Below, in pieces: positions 39,126 to 49,464 of a stretch of 64,000 bases of DNA. The notes under the pieces are model-generated. The model ran no database searches and was not told the origin of the DNA. It saw nothing but the letters and a program-made list of their open reading frames with translations. Every line of letters begins with the position of its first letter. The first letter of the stretch is position 1. Location of the stretch: positions 32,001 to 96,000 of the IMG/VR virus record IMGVR_UViG_3300025530_000275. One strand, written 5' to 3'. This DNA comes from a virus. The position numbers were made by a program, and so were the translations under genes.

Positions 39126-40649
39126 TCAAAACATTTCTATCAATCTAATCGTTTCATCAATGATCATGTTTTCATTGATTTCAATGTCGACACCAAGAAG
39201 ATCTTTATTTTGATGATCAACATAAGTTAGTGGATTATTGATGAATGTACCGATATATTTGATGATAATGTTCTCATTGATACTGGAGGACACATCTTTA
39301 TATTGCTTCATAAGATTATAATATCTTGGAAAAGATTTAATCTTGGCCAATTTCTTAGCCCCGATTTTTCTTCCCTTAATACGATTAGAGGGTTTACCAG
39401 TAATAAGATTAGGTACGACCCTAAACCCTCTTCTATAGAGTTCTTCTTTCATAATGATTATCAGTTTAATAAAGTCTTTTCGTTTAATAAACTTCATATT
39501 CTCTAAGCCTTTAAAGTCGTCCGCAAAGAATTGGAGTACCATGTTAGTTTGAGTCATGGACATATCGAGATTCTTTTCGTAAAATTCCATGTCCTCATCC
39601 TTAATCTCTACTCCATATTGTTGTATAAGTTTCTGGATCTTATGTTTACTTCCTTCAGATGATATAATAATATCCCGCTCATCAATTCTAGCAGCATTCA
39701 TTTCCAGTTGTTCAAGACCAGACATTTTGCTATCAGATCTTTTTGTATTGATGTCTGAATAGTCGTGAGTATCTTTTCCTTCTATAGTATACTTTAATGC
39801 ACCTCTGATGCCTACATAGTTCAAGTTTATAAGTATTTTATCAAACTCATATTTATATAGTAAATCCTGAATAATCATTTTGGTTATTCTAGTTTTCTCA
39901 GAGGCCGGAGTGATACCTTTATTTTTATTTCTCTTCCACATACCGCTATCGGTATGTGTGGAATTCTCCACAATTTTGTCAACGGTTGCATAAAGTTTAT
40001 TATAAATATTAGTGTCTTCTTCGAATAATGGAAAGAGTGCATAGAAGCAGTGATAAAGATACTTCTTCATCACTATATCTTCTACCATATCTTTTCTAAC
40101 TGAATAATAGTGAGAAATGATTGGTATAATAATTTTGATAGCAGTGCTAATAGCCATAAGAATCTTTCCATGTTTATTAGTGAACTGATATGGGTTCTCC
40201 TTATATTTTTCATCTTTATCAGACGAAACCTCAAGGTCAACCCTATATTGTTCCTCAACAAATAGCTTTACTTTTTGAACCATAGATTCGCTAAACATTT
40301 TGTTTACAATATCATTAATAAAGCTTTTGAACGTATAAGTAAGATTCTTGAGGTCTATCATCACCTTCATATTAATGTAACAAGTGATAAGTTCTTTATC
40401 CGGGTCATAATAATTCATGAAAATATTAATCGTGTCACAAATGAGTTTTCCTTTCTTATAAAAGGCCGGACGGGGGATGTAAAAGATGTTTAGACCTCTC
40501 TTCTCAATGTTAGGAAAAACTTTCTCAAAATCACAAATAAAAGTATCCCTTTTTCCAAGACGAAACAGAGTAGTTTCATTAGTTAAATACTTATGCGGTT
40601 TACAGACATCGGCTCTCATTCGTTCACATTTCCCCTCATCTTTCTTCAC
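39126..40649 (-). CDS. non-virion RNAP promoter-specificity (sigma-like) subunit, AR9 gp226 / phiKZ gp68 family
   Basis: Colinear motifs with AR9 gp226 as recalled (FEKVF, VEEQYRVDL, YQFTN, IIIPII, NIYNKLY, TDSGMW, SGLEQLEMN, GFRVVPNLI); two genes from chaperonin as in AR9; early promoter; start may be ATG 40619. Confidence 0.75.
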   Translation of the reverse strand: MKKDEGKCERMRADVCKPHKYLTNETTLFRLGKRDTFICDFEKVFPNIEKRGLNIFYIPRPAFYKKGKLICDTINIFMNYYDPDKELITCYINMKVMIDLKNLTYTFKSFINDIVNKMFSESMVQKVKLFVEEQYRVDLEVSSDKDEKYKENPYQFTNKHGKILMAISTAIKIIIPIISHYYSVRKDMVEDIVMKKYLYHCFYALFPLFEEDTNIYNKLYATVDKIVENSTHTDSGMWKRNKNKGITPASEKTRITKMIIQDLLYKYEFDKILINLNYVGIRGALKYTIEGKDTHDYSDINTKRSDSKMSGLEQLEMNAARIDERDIIISSEGSKHKIQKLIQQYGVEIKDEDMEFYEKNLDMSMTQTNMVLQFFADDFKGLENMKFIKRKDFIKLIIIMKEELYRRGFRVVPNLITGKPSNRIKGRKIGAKKLAKIKSFPRYYNLMKQYKDVSSSINENIIIKYIGTFINNPLTYVDHQNKDLLGVDIEINENMIIDETIRLIEMF

Positions 40650-40655
40650 TACAGT

Positions 40656-40666
40656 AATAATATATA
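40656..40666 (-). promoter_or_regulatory. early-type promoter TATATATTATT
   Basis: Exact motif. Confidence 0.7.
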
Positions 40667-40719
40667 TTTCTCATAAAAAACATAAGAGAACTGCCCTCCC
40701 GTCAGTTCTCTTATGTTTA

Positions 40720-41496
40720 TTAAATACGTTTTGCCCGTTTTGCTGTGGACGCCTTTTTCGCCCTAACTGAAATTGAAGCCGTTTTTGGTTTAGCGTCGTT
40801 TTTCTTCACAGCATCAATAGTATGTTCTCTTCCACGTATTTTTTCACGCTGTTCTTTTTTCTGTTGTTCGCGCTGCTTTTTCTTCTCAGCAGATTTTTTC
40901 TTTTGATCAATTTCTTTAGCTTTCATTATTTCAGAAAATTCTTTTAATTCTTTCAATAACTCCCTAAGATTTAACTTTGATGAAAATCTATCTACATCAT
41001 CAATACTAACAAAATTGTCCTTTATATATTTACAGGCATAATAAATACTCTTCTCAAGACCGAGTAGTCTATGAGGGTTTCTTACTTCAGCAAGCTCTTT
41101 TACTGCCTGTGAGGGCAACATTCCTCTTAATTCATCTATCAGCATCTTATTTCTCCTAAATGTGTTAGCGAAAGTGAACACAAATGAAGGAGAATTGCTG
41201 ATAGCTTTCATGGGCCAATTTAAGAAGTTTGCATCTTTAGATTGAAAAGACCTATCAATTTTGATTACAATATCATAGTATAAGTCCGGAGTAGTCTCAG
41301 ATGGAATTAATAAATGGAAATAATAGGCATTCCGATGATTATAAATATGAGTTTGAAATTTTTCATGGATATCAAGTAATGCCTCATATCTTGCATCATA
41401 TTCATTTTTAACTATTCTTAAAGAGCCAGCAGCTGACCCTTTTCCCAGGGGATTATTTATATACTGATTGATACTTAAAGTCATTAATTTCACCAC
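40720..41496 (-). CDS. conserved jumbo-phage protein with basic tail
   Basis: NPLGKGSA, IPSET...YDIVI, SNSPSFVFTFA; late promoter. Confidence 0.7.
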   Translation of the reverse strand: MVKLMTLSINQYINNPLGKGSAAGSLRIVKNEYDARYEALLDIHEKFQTHIYNHRNAYYFHLLIPSETTPDLYYDIVIKIDRSFQSKDANFLNWPMKAISNSPSFVFTFANTFRRNKMLIDELRGMLPSQAVKELAEVRNPHRLLGLEKSIYYACKYIKDNFVSIDDVDRFSSKLNLRELLKELKEFSEIMKAKEIDQKKKSAEKKKQREQQKKEQREKIRGREHTIDAVKKNDAKPKTASISVRAKKASTAKRAKRI

Positions 41497-41506
41497 CTAT
41501 TAGTAT

Positions 41507-41518
41507 TAATGAGGTGTT
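41507..41518 (-). promoter_or_regulatory. late-type promoter AACA-N6-TA
   Basis: AACACCTCATTA. Confidence 0.65.
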
Positions 41519-41574
41519 CCCTACAGGAATAGATATAAAGGGATGGATAATAGTTATCCATCCCTTGTTTTTAA

Positions 41575-43335
41575 TTACAAAGTGGCGTCCCACTCATTAT
41601 AAATGTCTGTCATAATTGTATTGGAGGTTGCCAATACAAGCGCGGAATCGATAGCCTGTTCCACAATAAGAATATCAGTAGCAGCAGGGTTAATAATAAC
41701 ATTTGCAAATTCATCATCAGATGCAAGATTTACAACTACAAAAACAGGATGATTTTCAAATTGAGTATCTACAGAAATTACAGTATTACCATTATCGTTA
41801 ATAGTAATTCTCTCATACGCATCCGCTGTCAAAATATACTGGAAAAATTCATCATCATTGGATAACGTGACTCTATTAGAGATAAGCTTTCTGTATACTT
41901 CAAGATATGCCTTGAGAATGATTTTCAAAAGATCTGAATATACATTATTCATGCTAGGATCTGCTTTATATTGTTGAATAAGAAGTTGATAGATTACGTT
42001 CATAGTAGAAATATTACACCCAGCAAAAAATCCAGTCTTTAATGCAGACTGAAGGGCTTTAATTCCATCTTCCGCAAGACGATAATTGATCGTTTTTCTT
42101 TGAGTTGTATCGCCGCCAACGAAGATGGTTGTTGTACCATGCTTCAATCTTGCAATACGAGCTTTAAGTCTATTGATTTCACGCTGAGCTTCCAATGCTT
42201 CATCCTTTGACACATTGGGATTCTCATTGAGATACTCAAGTTCCAGAATTTTATCTTCGATAGATTTGATATGATTATCAAGCTCTTGAGATTGTTTAAA
42301 TCCTGCAAGCGTTACTTTCTTGTCCTTAATCAGAACATTTTCCGCGTAACCTTTATTAATAGTACCAATAGTTTCTTTAGTCAGCTCAAGTCCTTCTTCG
42401 AGATATGCACAACCAGAAGATTTAATAAGATCATAGAAAGTATCTTTATCTTGAAGAATATTTGCAGTGCTATATACAACGGCCATATTATGCAAATATT
42501 CAGGTTGACGTTGAGAAAGGGCCTCGATAAATCTCAGGAAATTTTCATTCTTTATTCCAGAGCAAATGATTAAGAGAGATTTCCCGTTAAGTTTAAGATG
42601 GTTAGCATAGTCTACGATATCGTTATTGATCGTAAGAGCTCCATCAACTACAATAATTTCAACGTTTTTGAGCTTACAAGTTTCGATATCGTAGTTATTA
42701 AATGCTTGATTGATGACACGACCTTTGATGGTCATACCTTTAGTATTAGAGTAATAAGTAGAATCGCTAGAGCTATAGTCGAGTACAATATTTGTATCCT
42801 CAAAATTTTCAAGATTCTCATATACTTCAATAATTACATCAGTCAATTCTTTATTTCTATCCGTAGACGTATATACGAGATGAAATGCATCATCTTTAGA
42901 TTCGATTTTAGATGCAGCGTTTTTCAACAATCCTACGATGCCTCGTTGAATATGTTGTGCTGCATTATAAATAGAAGACGGTGTGTATTTCTTCCAGATT
43001 TCGCGATTTTCGCGAAGTTGTTTATATACCTGTGCCATGATGAGGACGGCAGATGTTGTACCGTCACCGACAATAGTAGCCTGTCGCTGAGCAACTTCAA
43101 TTGCCATTTGATGAACGGTGCGCGCAATGCTGCTGTCCATTTTCATCATCGTAAGATTTTCAAGGCCGTCTTTGGATGATTTGATTTCACCTGGGCCGAG
43201 CATAAAGATATTATGAGTACCACCAGGTCCATACGTTGCACCGACTGTATTGGTGATAATATCAAATACGTGAGATACAGTCCCGTGAAATGTTGCCGGA
43301 TTACAGATATTTTGTTTGAAGTACTCTCTGTCCAT
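41575..43335 (-). CDS. groEL: phage GroEL-like chaperonin
   Basis: TYGPGG, SKDG, VGDGTTS, IFVGG, AEDG, INP. Confidence 0.9.
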   Translation of the reverse strand: MDREYFKQNICNPATFHGTVSHVFDIITNTVGATYGPGGTHNIFMLGPGEIKSSKDGLENLTMMKMDSSIARTVHQMAIEVAQRQATIVGDGTTSAVLIMAQVYKQLRENREIWKKYTPSSIYNAAQHIQRGIVGLLKNAASKIESKDDAFHLVYTSTDRNKELTDVIIEVYENLENFEDTNIVLDYSSSDSTYYSNTKGMTIKGRVINQAFNNYDIETCKLKNVEIIVVDGALTINNDIVDYANHLKLNGKSLLIICSGIKNENFLRFIEALSQRQPEYLHNMAVVYSTANILQDKDTFYDLIKSSGCAYLEEGLELTKETIGTINKGYAENVLIKDKKVTLAGFKQSQELDNHIKSIEDKILELEYLNENPNVSKDEALEAQREINRLKARIARLKHGTTTIFVGGDTTQRKTINYRLAEDGIKALQSALKTGFFAGCNISTMNVIYQLLIQQYKADPSMNNVYSDLLKIILKAYLEVYRKLISNRVTLSNDDEFFQYILTADAYERITINDNGNTVISVDTQFENHPVFVVVNLASDDEFANVIINPAATDILIVEQAIDSALVLATSNTIMTDIYNEWDATL

Positions 43336-43357
43336 TCAAATCTCTCCTTTTTTATGA

Positions 43358-44044
43358 TTAAAATATAATATTATCGGATTCATCTGTGGCTAAAAGGTTA
43401 ACTATCCCAAAAAGAAATTGTTTTTCGTCTCTTAAATCCATAATTTCTGGTATCTTGAGAAATAATGCTTCATCTTCTTCCCGGTAATTATAACCAATTT
43501 TGGAAAGTAAATATGTGAATAGTCGAGAATCCATTTCAGGATGTTCAACTATATTTTTCATCATTTCAATATCATGAAGAAATAAACAAGTCATTTGATT
43601 TTCATTGATGTATCTAACAACTTGATTCACATCAAAGATATCAAACAATGGTTCTTTAATTTCTGGAAAAACCTCCTGCACATTTATACTCACAGGAGAA
43701 GCTATATGAATTTCTTTTATAAAACTTTGTCCCAATAGAATATTCAAATAATATTGTAAATAAGCAATTGGTGATTCATCAGTTATTTCTTTAAAATTTG
43801 CTTTAATAAAGTTAAAATAGAACTCTTCCTCTATAGTTTTATCAATAATTCTTGCAGTATTTTTATTAGCGAATTGTAATACATTCACAATATATTCAGT
43901 ATCATCATATTTAGAGAATGGATTATCAATACCATGCTTATTTTTCATAAAATTTAAAAATCCTACGGACTGGAGTAGAATTGTATTATAATTCAAAATA
44001 AGAATTCTCTGTTGTTCTTCTTTCCCCTCAAATACTTTTAACAT
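43358..44044 (-). CDS. hypothetical protein
   Basis: 228 aa, RBS AGGAGGTG. Confidence 0.7.
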   Translation of the reverse strand: MLKVFEGKEEQQRILILNYNTILLQSVGFLNFMKNKHGIDNPFSKYDDTEYIVNVLQFANKNTARIIDKTIEEEFYFNFIKANFKEITDESPIAYLQYYLNILLGQSFIKEIHIASPVSINVQEVFPEIKEPLFDIFDVNQVVRYINENQMTCLFLHDIEMMKNIVEHPEMDSRLFTYLLSKIGYNYREEDEALFLKIPEIMDLRDEKQFLFGIVNLLATDESDNIIF

Positions 44045-44083
44045 ACAATTCCACCTCCTTTATTAGAAAAAAGAAGGAGAGTA

Positions 44084-44926
44084 TTACTCTCCCTCTGTCA
44101 TTTGAGAAATGATTTTCTCCAGCTCATCACCAGTAGGATCAGTCACTTCAATTTCTTCACTGAAACTTGGAAGACCGCTTCGGTTAGATACGTTATTGGC
44201 ACTACCCGACCATCCAGATTGACGATCTCCACCGCCGCGACCGGAATTTAACGGTTTAGACAGATCGACATTAAGAGCAACCATCATAGAATAAATAGAT
44301 TGTTCGAGCCGACGTTGCTGATAGCGATTTTCGTGGTTTTGAGCATGTGTATATCCATTCGTCATCGCTTTAGCAAAATCAAGCATCGCATCCAAGAAAT
44401 ATTCGAATTCCGAATTATTTTCTTCGATCGAATACGTCCCGCTAGTAGGCTCATAATCTTTAACAATTTTATCTTGATTGAAAACATGAACCAGATATTC
44501 TTCAGTGCGTTTGTTATCATCCATGTTTGTATAGATGACCACACAGATATCATTAGGATTAACTTCGCCTGTAAGATGCTTCAATTTTTTCTTCAGATCT
44601 CTTGCCAATGCAAATTGGAGAAGCCCTCGTTTCAAAGGAATCCCGAATTCTTCAAAATTTCCAGTCTCTTCGAATTTCCGAAGAACCTTAATTCCTTTTT
44701 TGTGAAGAGCTTTGCAGTCTCTAGGTTGAAGATATGCAAAAGCTCCATTTTTGTAATCAAATTGCAAATAATCTTTATTCGTATCAGGATTCTTTAACGG
44801 GAGGTGAATTCCAATCGCGGCAGTAGATTCAAAATATCTTACTGTCAAACAGGTTTGAGTGTCATAGTTAACACTCTTGAACCCGAATGTTTGAACAGTT
44901 GGCCGACGTTCATTATTTTGCTGCAT
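44084..44926 (-). CDS. putative single-stranded DNA-binding protein
   Basis: Globular domain + Gly/Ser linker + acidic tail; inference from architecture only. Confidence 0.4.
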   Translation of the reverse strand: MQQNNERRPTVQTFGFKSVNYDTQTCLTVRYFESTAAIGIHLPLKNPDTNKDYLQFDYKNGAFAYLQPRDCKALHKKGIKVLRKFEETGNFEEFGIPLKRGLLQFALARDLKKKLKHLTGEVNPNDICVVIYTNMDDNKRTEEYLVHVFNQDKIVKDYEPTSGTYSIEENNSEFEYFLDAMLDFAKAMTNGYTHAQNHENRYQQRRLEQSIYSMMVALNVDLSKPLNSGRGGGDRQSGWSGSANNVSNRSGLPSFSEEIEVTDPTGDELEKIISQMTEGE

Positions 44927-44956
44927 TTTTTATTCTCCTTTTCGTTAAATTAAATC

Positions 44957-44968
44957 TAATTATGGGTT
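44957..44968 (-). promoter_or_regulatory. AACCCNTAATTA promoter candidate
   Basis: AACCCATAATTA 30 nt upstream of start. Confidence 0.5.
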
Positions 44969-45037
44969 TATTTTATAATGAAATATTACAATTCGTACAT
45001 TTTTGGAGCAACTTTTAAATAATTAACTGTAAAAGGG

Positions 45038-45412
45038 GTGATAAAAATGTACGACTCTGAATTTATTTCAGATTCATTATTCACGTTTGATACTCTTAAA
45101 ACTATAGGTGGGGCATCATTGCTCTGCTTCCTTATAGTTGCTTACACTAAAGATATAATTGATAGATTTATTCCATGGCTTCCTACTAACGCTTATTCGT
45201 TACTCGTGGCTTCAATTATCCTCCTTCTTGTACAAATAAATGACGATCCTTCATGTTTGACAAAATGGCAAACGTATTTTTTATCATTTGCTAATGGATT
45301 TTTAGTTTCAGCTGCTGCTAGCCATACTAATGAACTGGGTGTCCGATTTCCCAAACTTAAAAGAAAAATTAAAAGAAATGATGAAAATCTTAATGAGAAA
45401 AATTCTGAATAA
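45038..45412 (+). CDS. holin-like membrane protein
   Basis: Three hydrophobic segments, FTFDTLKTIGGA..IV.YTK..LPT, basic tail; AACT-N6-TA at 45010-45021. Confidence 0.65.
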   Translation: MIKMYDSEFISDSLFTFDTLKTIGGASLLCFLIVAYTKDIIDRFIPWLPTNAYSLLVASIILLLVQINDDPSCLTKWQTYFLSFANGFLVSAAASHTNELGVRFPKLKRKIKRNDENLNEKNSE

Positions 45413-45475
45413 TAAATGTAAAATCAAATAAGACTAGGAGGATTTACCTCCTAGTCTTCTAAATAGTTTTTTTTC

Positions 45476-48400
45476 TTAGCCAATTTCTACAATATTAGAA
45501 ATGTATTTACCAGATGCTGTTTTATAAACAGATTTGATTCCAAGACAATCCAAAATTGGTTCGATAAGATTCATATACTTCTGAACCATTGTCTCTACAT
45601 CCATTATTTTGAGCAACCATTTTGGGACCTCATGATCTAAAGGAATGGCAATCTGTGTAATCCCGCTTTTTAGATTTGGGTCCTTCAGAACTTCAACTAT
45701 TTTCTCAAACATTTCTCTATCTTCAACTGAAAGAATAGCTATATCTTTTGGAGATTTTATATCTACCTTTATTAAATTTACTACTGCCGGAAGTTCAATC
45801 TCCCAGTCAGGATATAGAGAATTCCATATATAAACTGCTTTAAATTGACCAATACTGAATGGATCTTTATATGCATCCAAAGTGTTAACTTTAGATAGAC
45901 TTAACAGTTCTTTATCGCCTGTAAGAAGATTCTTCCTGATATCTTCTTCGAGCTTCAAAAATTTCTTTAGAGCTTTTTGGATATCAACTTTATCAGATAC
46001 TATATGTTTGAAGATTATAGATTCGATTTCTTTCCTTAGCCTCTCTGGAGCTGCGGAGATTTTCATGAAATCGAAACCTTTAACATCTGTAATACCTTTC
46101 GGGAAGTATTTACCTTCCTGAAGTTTATAGTTTGAAAGATATCTTTTCTTACCCTCACCAACCAGAAGTGAGGTGAAATAGAACTCATTCTTAAACACAT
46201 AAGTCCCAAGAGGAGCCTTATCCACATTTGTAATTTTCTCAAATTTCTTAAGAGATCTTGAAATAGCTTCAGTTAAAATTACGGCAATAATATTAATAAT
46301 CTTCAATTTATAGCTTTCAGATATTCTTTCGTCTTCTCCATTTTTAACAATTTTTACTCTTTCTACTTTATCCCCAATAATCTTATCAATATGATCTTTA
46401 AGAGATCTTACAGTTATAATATTCGAGTCTGTATCAATGACCACTACTGAGTTTCTAGGGCTTTTTATGAGCCTTTCCACTCGACCATAATAGTGATAAT
46501 TGTAATGACAATATTCCATAATAATCTCCGTCGCTTCTCTTAAAAATTTAGAAGTACGACGCAGAGGTTCTTCTGGGTTCATAAATGTAGAAGTTTGATT
46601 AATAAACTTTCTCAGAAGTTTTTGTACATAATTGCTTTCAGAAATGAATTTCTTAAGATTATTCTTGTAATATAGTTTATTAAGGGATTCTTGAGGAACG
46701 TTCCTCAAATAATTTTCAAGAAGTTCTTCGTCAAAGTTCTCTATATTTTTACACTTCTTCTTAAGACGTTTCAAAACATCTTTAATAGTTTTATTTTCAT
46801 TTAATATCACAGAATCATCATAACTTGAAGATTCTCTGATGATATTATCACAATAGTGGAATAGTTCATTCATATCATAGAACTGCAATGTATCAGTTAA
46901 GAAGTCTTCAAATAGCGTCATAGCATTACTTATAAGTGTCTGACCTTTACTGGTTACAGATTGGGCAATATGGTAATTGTAGTTAAACGCCGCATTATTC
47001 CCAGAGACGCCATATTCGGAGTTGGCATAAACTTTTTTACGATTTTGCATCAGATCATACAACCTGAATTTATCCATATCACCCGCTTCTTTATAGTTTA
47101 AAGCTTGTTTCTTCAATATCTTTCTCTGTTTGAGAAGATTATCTAATATTAACAGACCAGGTATCAAACCTGACTCATCGTGTCTCTTAAAGAAAGTTCC
47201 AGATTCCGTCATGATTGGACGAACTTCTGCAATCCAATCAATTACAGAAAGTAGTGTAGTTTGATACTCAACGTCGTCATAGTTATTATAAATAGTAGCG
47301 TTTACATCTTTGATATCTCTTTTATATATATACTTTATAAAAGATTTGATATTAGATTCCTTTTTATCTGGAAAAATAGTCTTAAATACACTAACCATTT
47401 TCTCAGACCAATACTCAAAGAATTTATCAGTATTTTTACCTTTATAGTAAACGATAGTATTATCTTTTTTAGACCATTTTTTGTATTCCTCAATGTAATC
47501 CTCAATATTTTTAAGACTAAACCATTTTACACCGAGTTTGATCCAGTCTTGAGTTTCATAATCATCTACAAATTCCCCGCCTCTAAGTGCTGGTGTCGTA
47601 CCATATTCGAGATGAGAAACTTTACCTTTAATAATCAATCGACCATATTGGGTCGACCTCGCAATATTATTTTTAAGCTTGATATTTGGATACATAGCTC
47701 CAGCATCAAGGTCTATACAGTCGGAGAAAAGCCGATTGGATCTCTTGTCGCCAAAAATTTTCTCCCCGGTTCTAGTAAGATTTGTAGGATCACCTACAAG
47801 TGCACCTTTAAGTTTCTCCTCATCTTCTTCATCAATAACCACATCCTCTTGTCTACTATTAGAGATGTAGTCGATATTCATATTATTACCCATAACGTAA
47901 CCTTGTTCAAAATGCCCAAGACTCCAAAGATTTTTCAAAGACACAGTTTGTCTATTCGCCTTATCTATTCTTGTACCAGAATCATATCCTTTGAAGAAGA
48001 TATCATCAATATCTCCAGTTTTTCTTTCAATACCAGCGAGCAGCCAAACGTCATTTATGTTATATAGAACAAAGTTAAAGTATTCTTCAATAACCGCATT
48101 AATTGTATTTGTAGATGATTTATCCCATCTTCTTTTTTGCTCTTTCAGTTCGATTCTAGCAATATTATCAAGAGCATTGGACCCATAGTCTTTACCGCCT
48201 TTACGCCTAGCAGCATAGAACATCATTTGGTCCACGTATTTAGTATAGGAGAGACAATTGAAAGTATCCCCACGGTTCTTAAAATCATTTTTATATTTCT
48301 CATCCAAATGATAATGACACCATGCTGTTTTGAAATCGGGATGAGAAAACAAGACTTCTGGAGGAATTCCAAGATATACTGCTTTCTTATGAATAGTCAA

Positions 48401-49288
48401 AAGGTCATAAGGCATGTTCCAAATACCAGTGAAGTCGGGTTTCATCAAATGCTGAATTTGAAACATCTTGTAGAGCATTTCGATTTGATCATCGAAAAAC
48501 ATTACGTAGTAATCTGCCTCGCCGAATTTATGGTCAAACTCTTCATGACATACTTCAATAAATTTATCCAGATTATCCTCAAATTTTCTCTGTTGAGGAT
48601 ACCTTTTATAGTCTCTATGCAGAAAAGTAAATACTTTGGGTTTGTAATTCTTGTCCAATCCAATATCATAATCATAAATAGTCGTTATAGCAGATATCGG
48701 AGGTTTGCCCCTATCAATATCATACCTAGACGCCCCGTAGATATCAGACTCAATGTCAAGATATGATTTAGTTAATGTATTCTCTTTAGGTTTATAATGA
48801 AGGTTTGCGGTCAAATATACATAATCGAGAATATCATAATCCGAAAAATAGAATCCTTTATGCTTATGGATTTCCTTGATTCCATTCCATTTGCCCAATT
48901 CAAGGGCGCGGTCTATTACCATTTTAACAACTTTATCTTCTTCAGAATTGATATTATCTTTTAAGATATTATACATCGTCTTAGTAAGATTTCTATATGG
49001 GGCTTCCATTCTATCTACTTGGTCCAAAGATAAAAACTCCCGCTGACTCCTAAACTGACTTTGAACCTCTGGTTTGGCCATATAGAAATTTGTGACTGGA
49101 TTAGAAATAATTTGAAGGTTTTTCTTTTTTGTATCAAAATCTCTATACACAATGAATAATTGATCGTCGGTATAAGAACCATCTTCAAGTTTTCTAGGTT
49201 TCAAATATTGTACGTTTGTGATAAGAATATTATCTTTTCCTTCTGGCAAATTCAAAAGGGGTTTTGGTAGTTTGTCATAAAAATCCAT
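45476..49288 (-). CDS. family B DNA polymerase (phiKZ/AR9-type), single polypeptide
   Basis: ExoI DIESD, ExoII WNMPYD, ExoIII YNIND, motif A DLDAGAMYPNI, motif B KVYANSEYG, motif C DTDS, KKRY, KG. Confidence 0.92.
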   Translation of the reverse strand: MDFYDKLPKPLLNLPEGKDNILITNVQYLKPRKLEDGSYTDDQLFIVYRDFDTKKKNLQIISNPVTNFYMAKPEVQSQFRSQREFLSLDQVDRMEAPYRNLTKTMYNILKDNINSEEDKVVKMVIDRALELGKWNGIKEIHKHKGFYFSDYDILDYVYLTANLHYKPKENTLTKSYLDIESDIYGASRYDIDRGKPPISAITTIYDYDIGLDKNYKPKVFTFLHRDYKRYPQQRKFEDNLDKFIEVCHEEFDHKFGEADYYVMFFDDQIEMLYKMFQIQHLMKPDFTGIWNMPYDLLTIHKKAVYLGIPPEVLFSHPDFKTAWCHYHLDEKYKNDFKNRGDTFNCLSYTKYVDQMMFYAARRKGGKDYGSNALDNIARIELKEQKRRWDKSSTNTINAVIEEYFNFVLYNINDVWLLAGIERKTGDIDDIFFKGYDSGTRIDKANRQTVSLKNLWSLGHFEQGYVMGNNMNIDYISNSRQEDVVIDEEDEEKLKGALVGDPTNLTRTGEKIFGDKRSNRLFSDCIDLDAGAMYPNIKLKNNIARSTQYGRLIIKGKVSHLEYGTTPALRGGEFVDDYETQDWIKLGVKWFSLKNIEDYIEEYKKWSKKDNTIVYYKGKNTDKFFEYWSEKMVSVFKTIFPDKKESNIKSFIKYIYKRDIKDVNATIYNNYDDVEYQTTLLSVIDWIAEVRPIMTESGTFFKRHDESGLIPGLLILDNLLKQRKILKKQALNYKEAGDMDKFRLYDLMQNRKKVYANSEYGVSGNNAAFNYNYHIAQSVTSKGQTLISNAMTLFEDFLTDTLQFYDMNELFHYCDNIIRESSSYDDSVILNENKTIKDVLKRLKKKCKNIENFDEELLENYLRNVPQESLNKLYYKNNLKKFISESNYVQKLLRKFINQTSTFMNPEEPLRRTSKFLREATEIIMEYCHYNYHYYGRVERLIKSPRNSVVVIDTDSNIITVRSLKDHIDKIIGDKVERVKIVKNGEDERISESYKLKIINIIAVILTEAISRSLKKFEKITNVDKAPLGTYVFKNEFYFTSLLVGEGKKRYLSNYKLQEGKYFPKGITDVKGFDFMKISAAPERLRKEIESIIFKHIVSDKVDIQKALKKFLKLEEDIRKNLLTGDKELLSLSKVNTLDAYKDPFSIGQFKAVYIWNSLYPDWEIELPAVVNLIKVDIKSPKDIAILSVEDREMFEKIVEVLKDPNLKSGITQIAIPLDHEVPKWLLKIMDVETMVQKYMNLIEPILDCLGIKSVYKTASGKYISNIVEIG

Positions 49289-49319
49289 TTACAACGCCCT
49301 TTCTTTATATAGACTGTAC

Positions 49320-49331
49320 TAATTAGGGGTT
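49320..49331 (-). promoter_or_regulatory. AACCCNTAATTA promoter candidate
   Basis: AACCCCTAATTA 31 nt upstream of polymerase start. Confidence 0.5.
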
Positions 49332-49368
49332 CAAAAAACATTAATTTTATACATTTTATCTTCATTTT

Positions 49369-49379
49369 AATAATATATA
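49369..49379 (-). promoter_or_regulatory. early-type promoter TATATATTATT
   Basis: Exact motif upstream of polymerase. Confidence 0.7.
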
Positions 49380-49413
49380 TTCATATGATATTTATATTTA
49401 TCTTTACAGTAAA

Positions 49414-49425
49414 AACAGCAGTATA
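49414..49425 (+). promoter_or_regulatory. late-type promoter AACA-N6-TA
   Basis: AACAGCAGTATA. Confidence 0.65.
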
Positions 49426-49464
49426 ACCATTACCCAAATTTGTCAAGAGGAGTTGAAAAAATAA

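Noticed and set aside
47261-48766. 268-aa and 209-aa plus-strand ORFs
   Set aside because: Antisense shadows of the DNA polymerase
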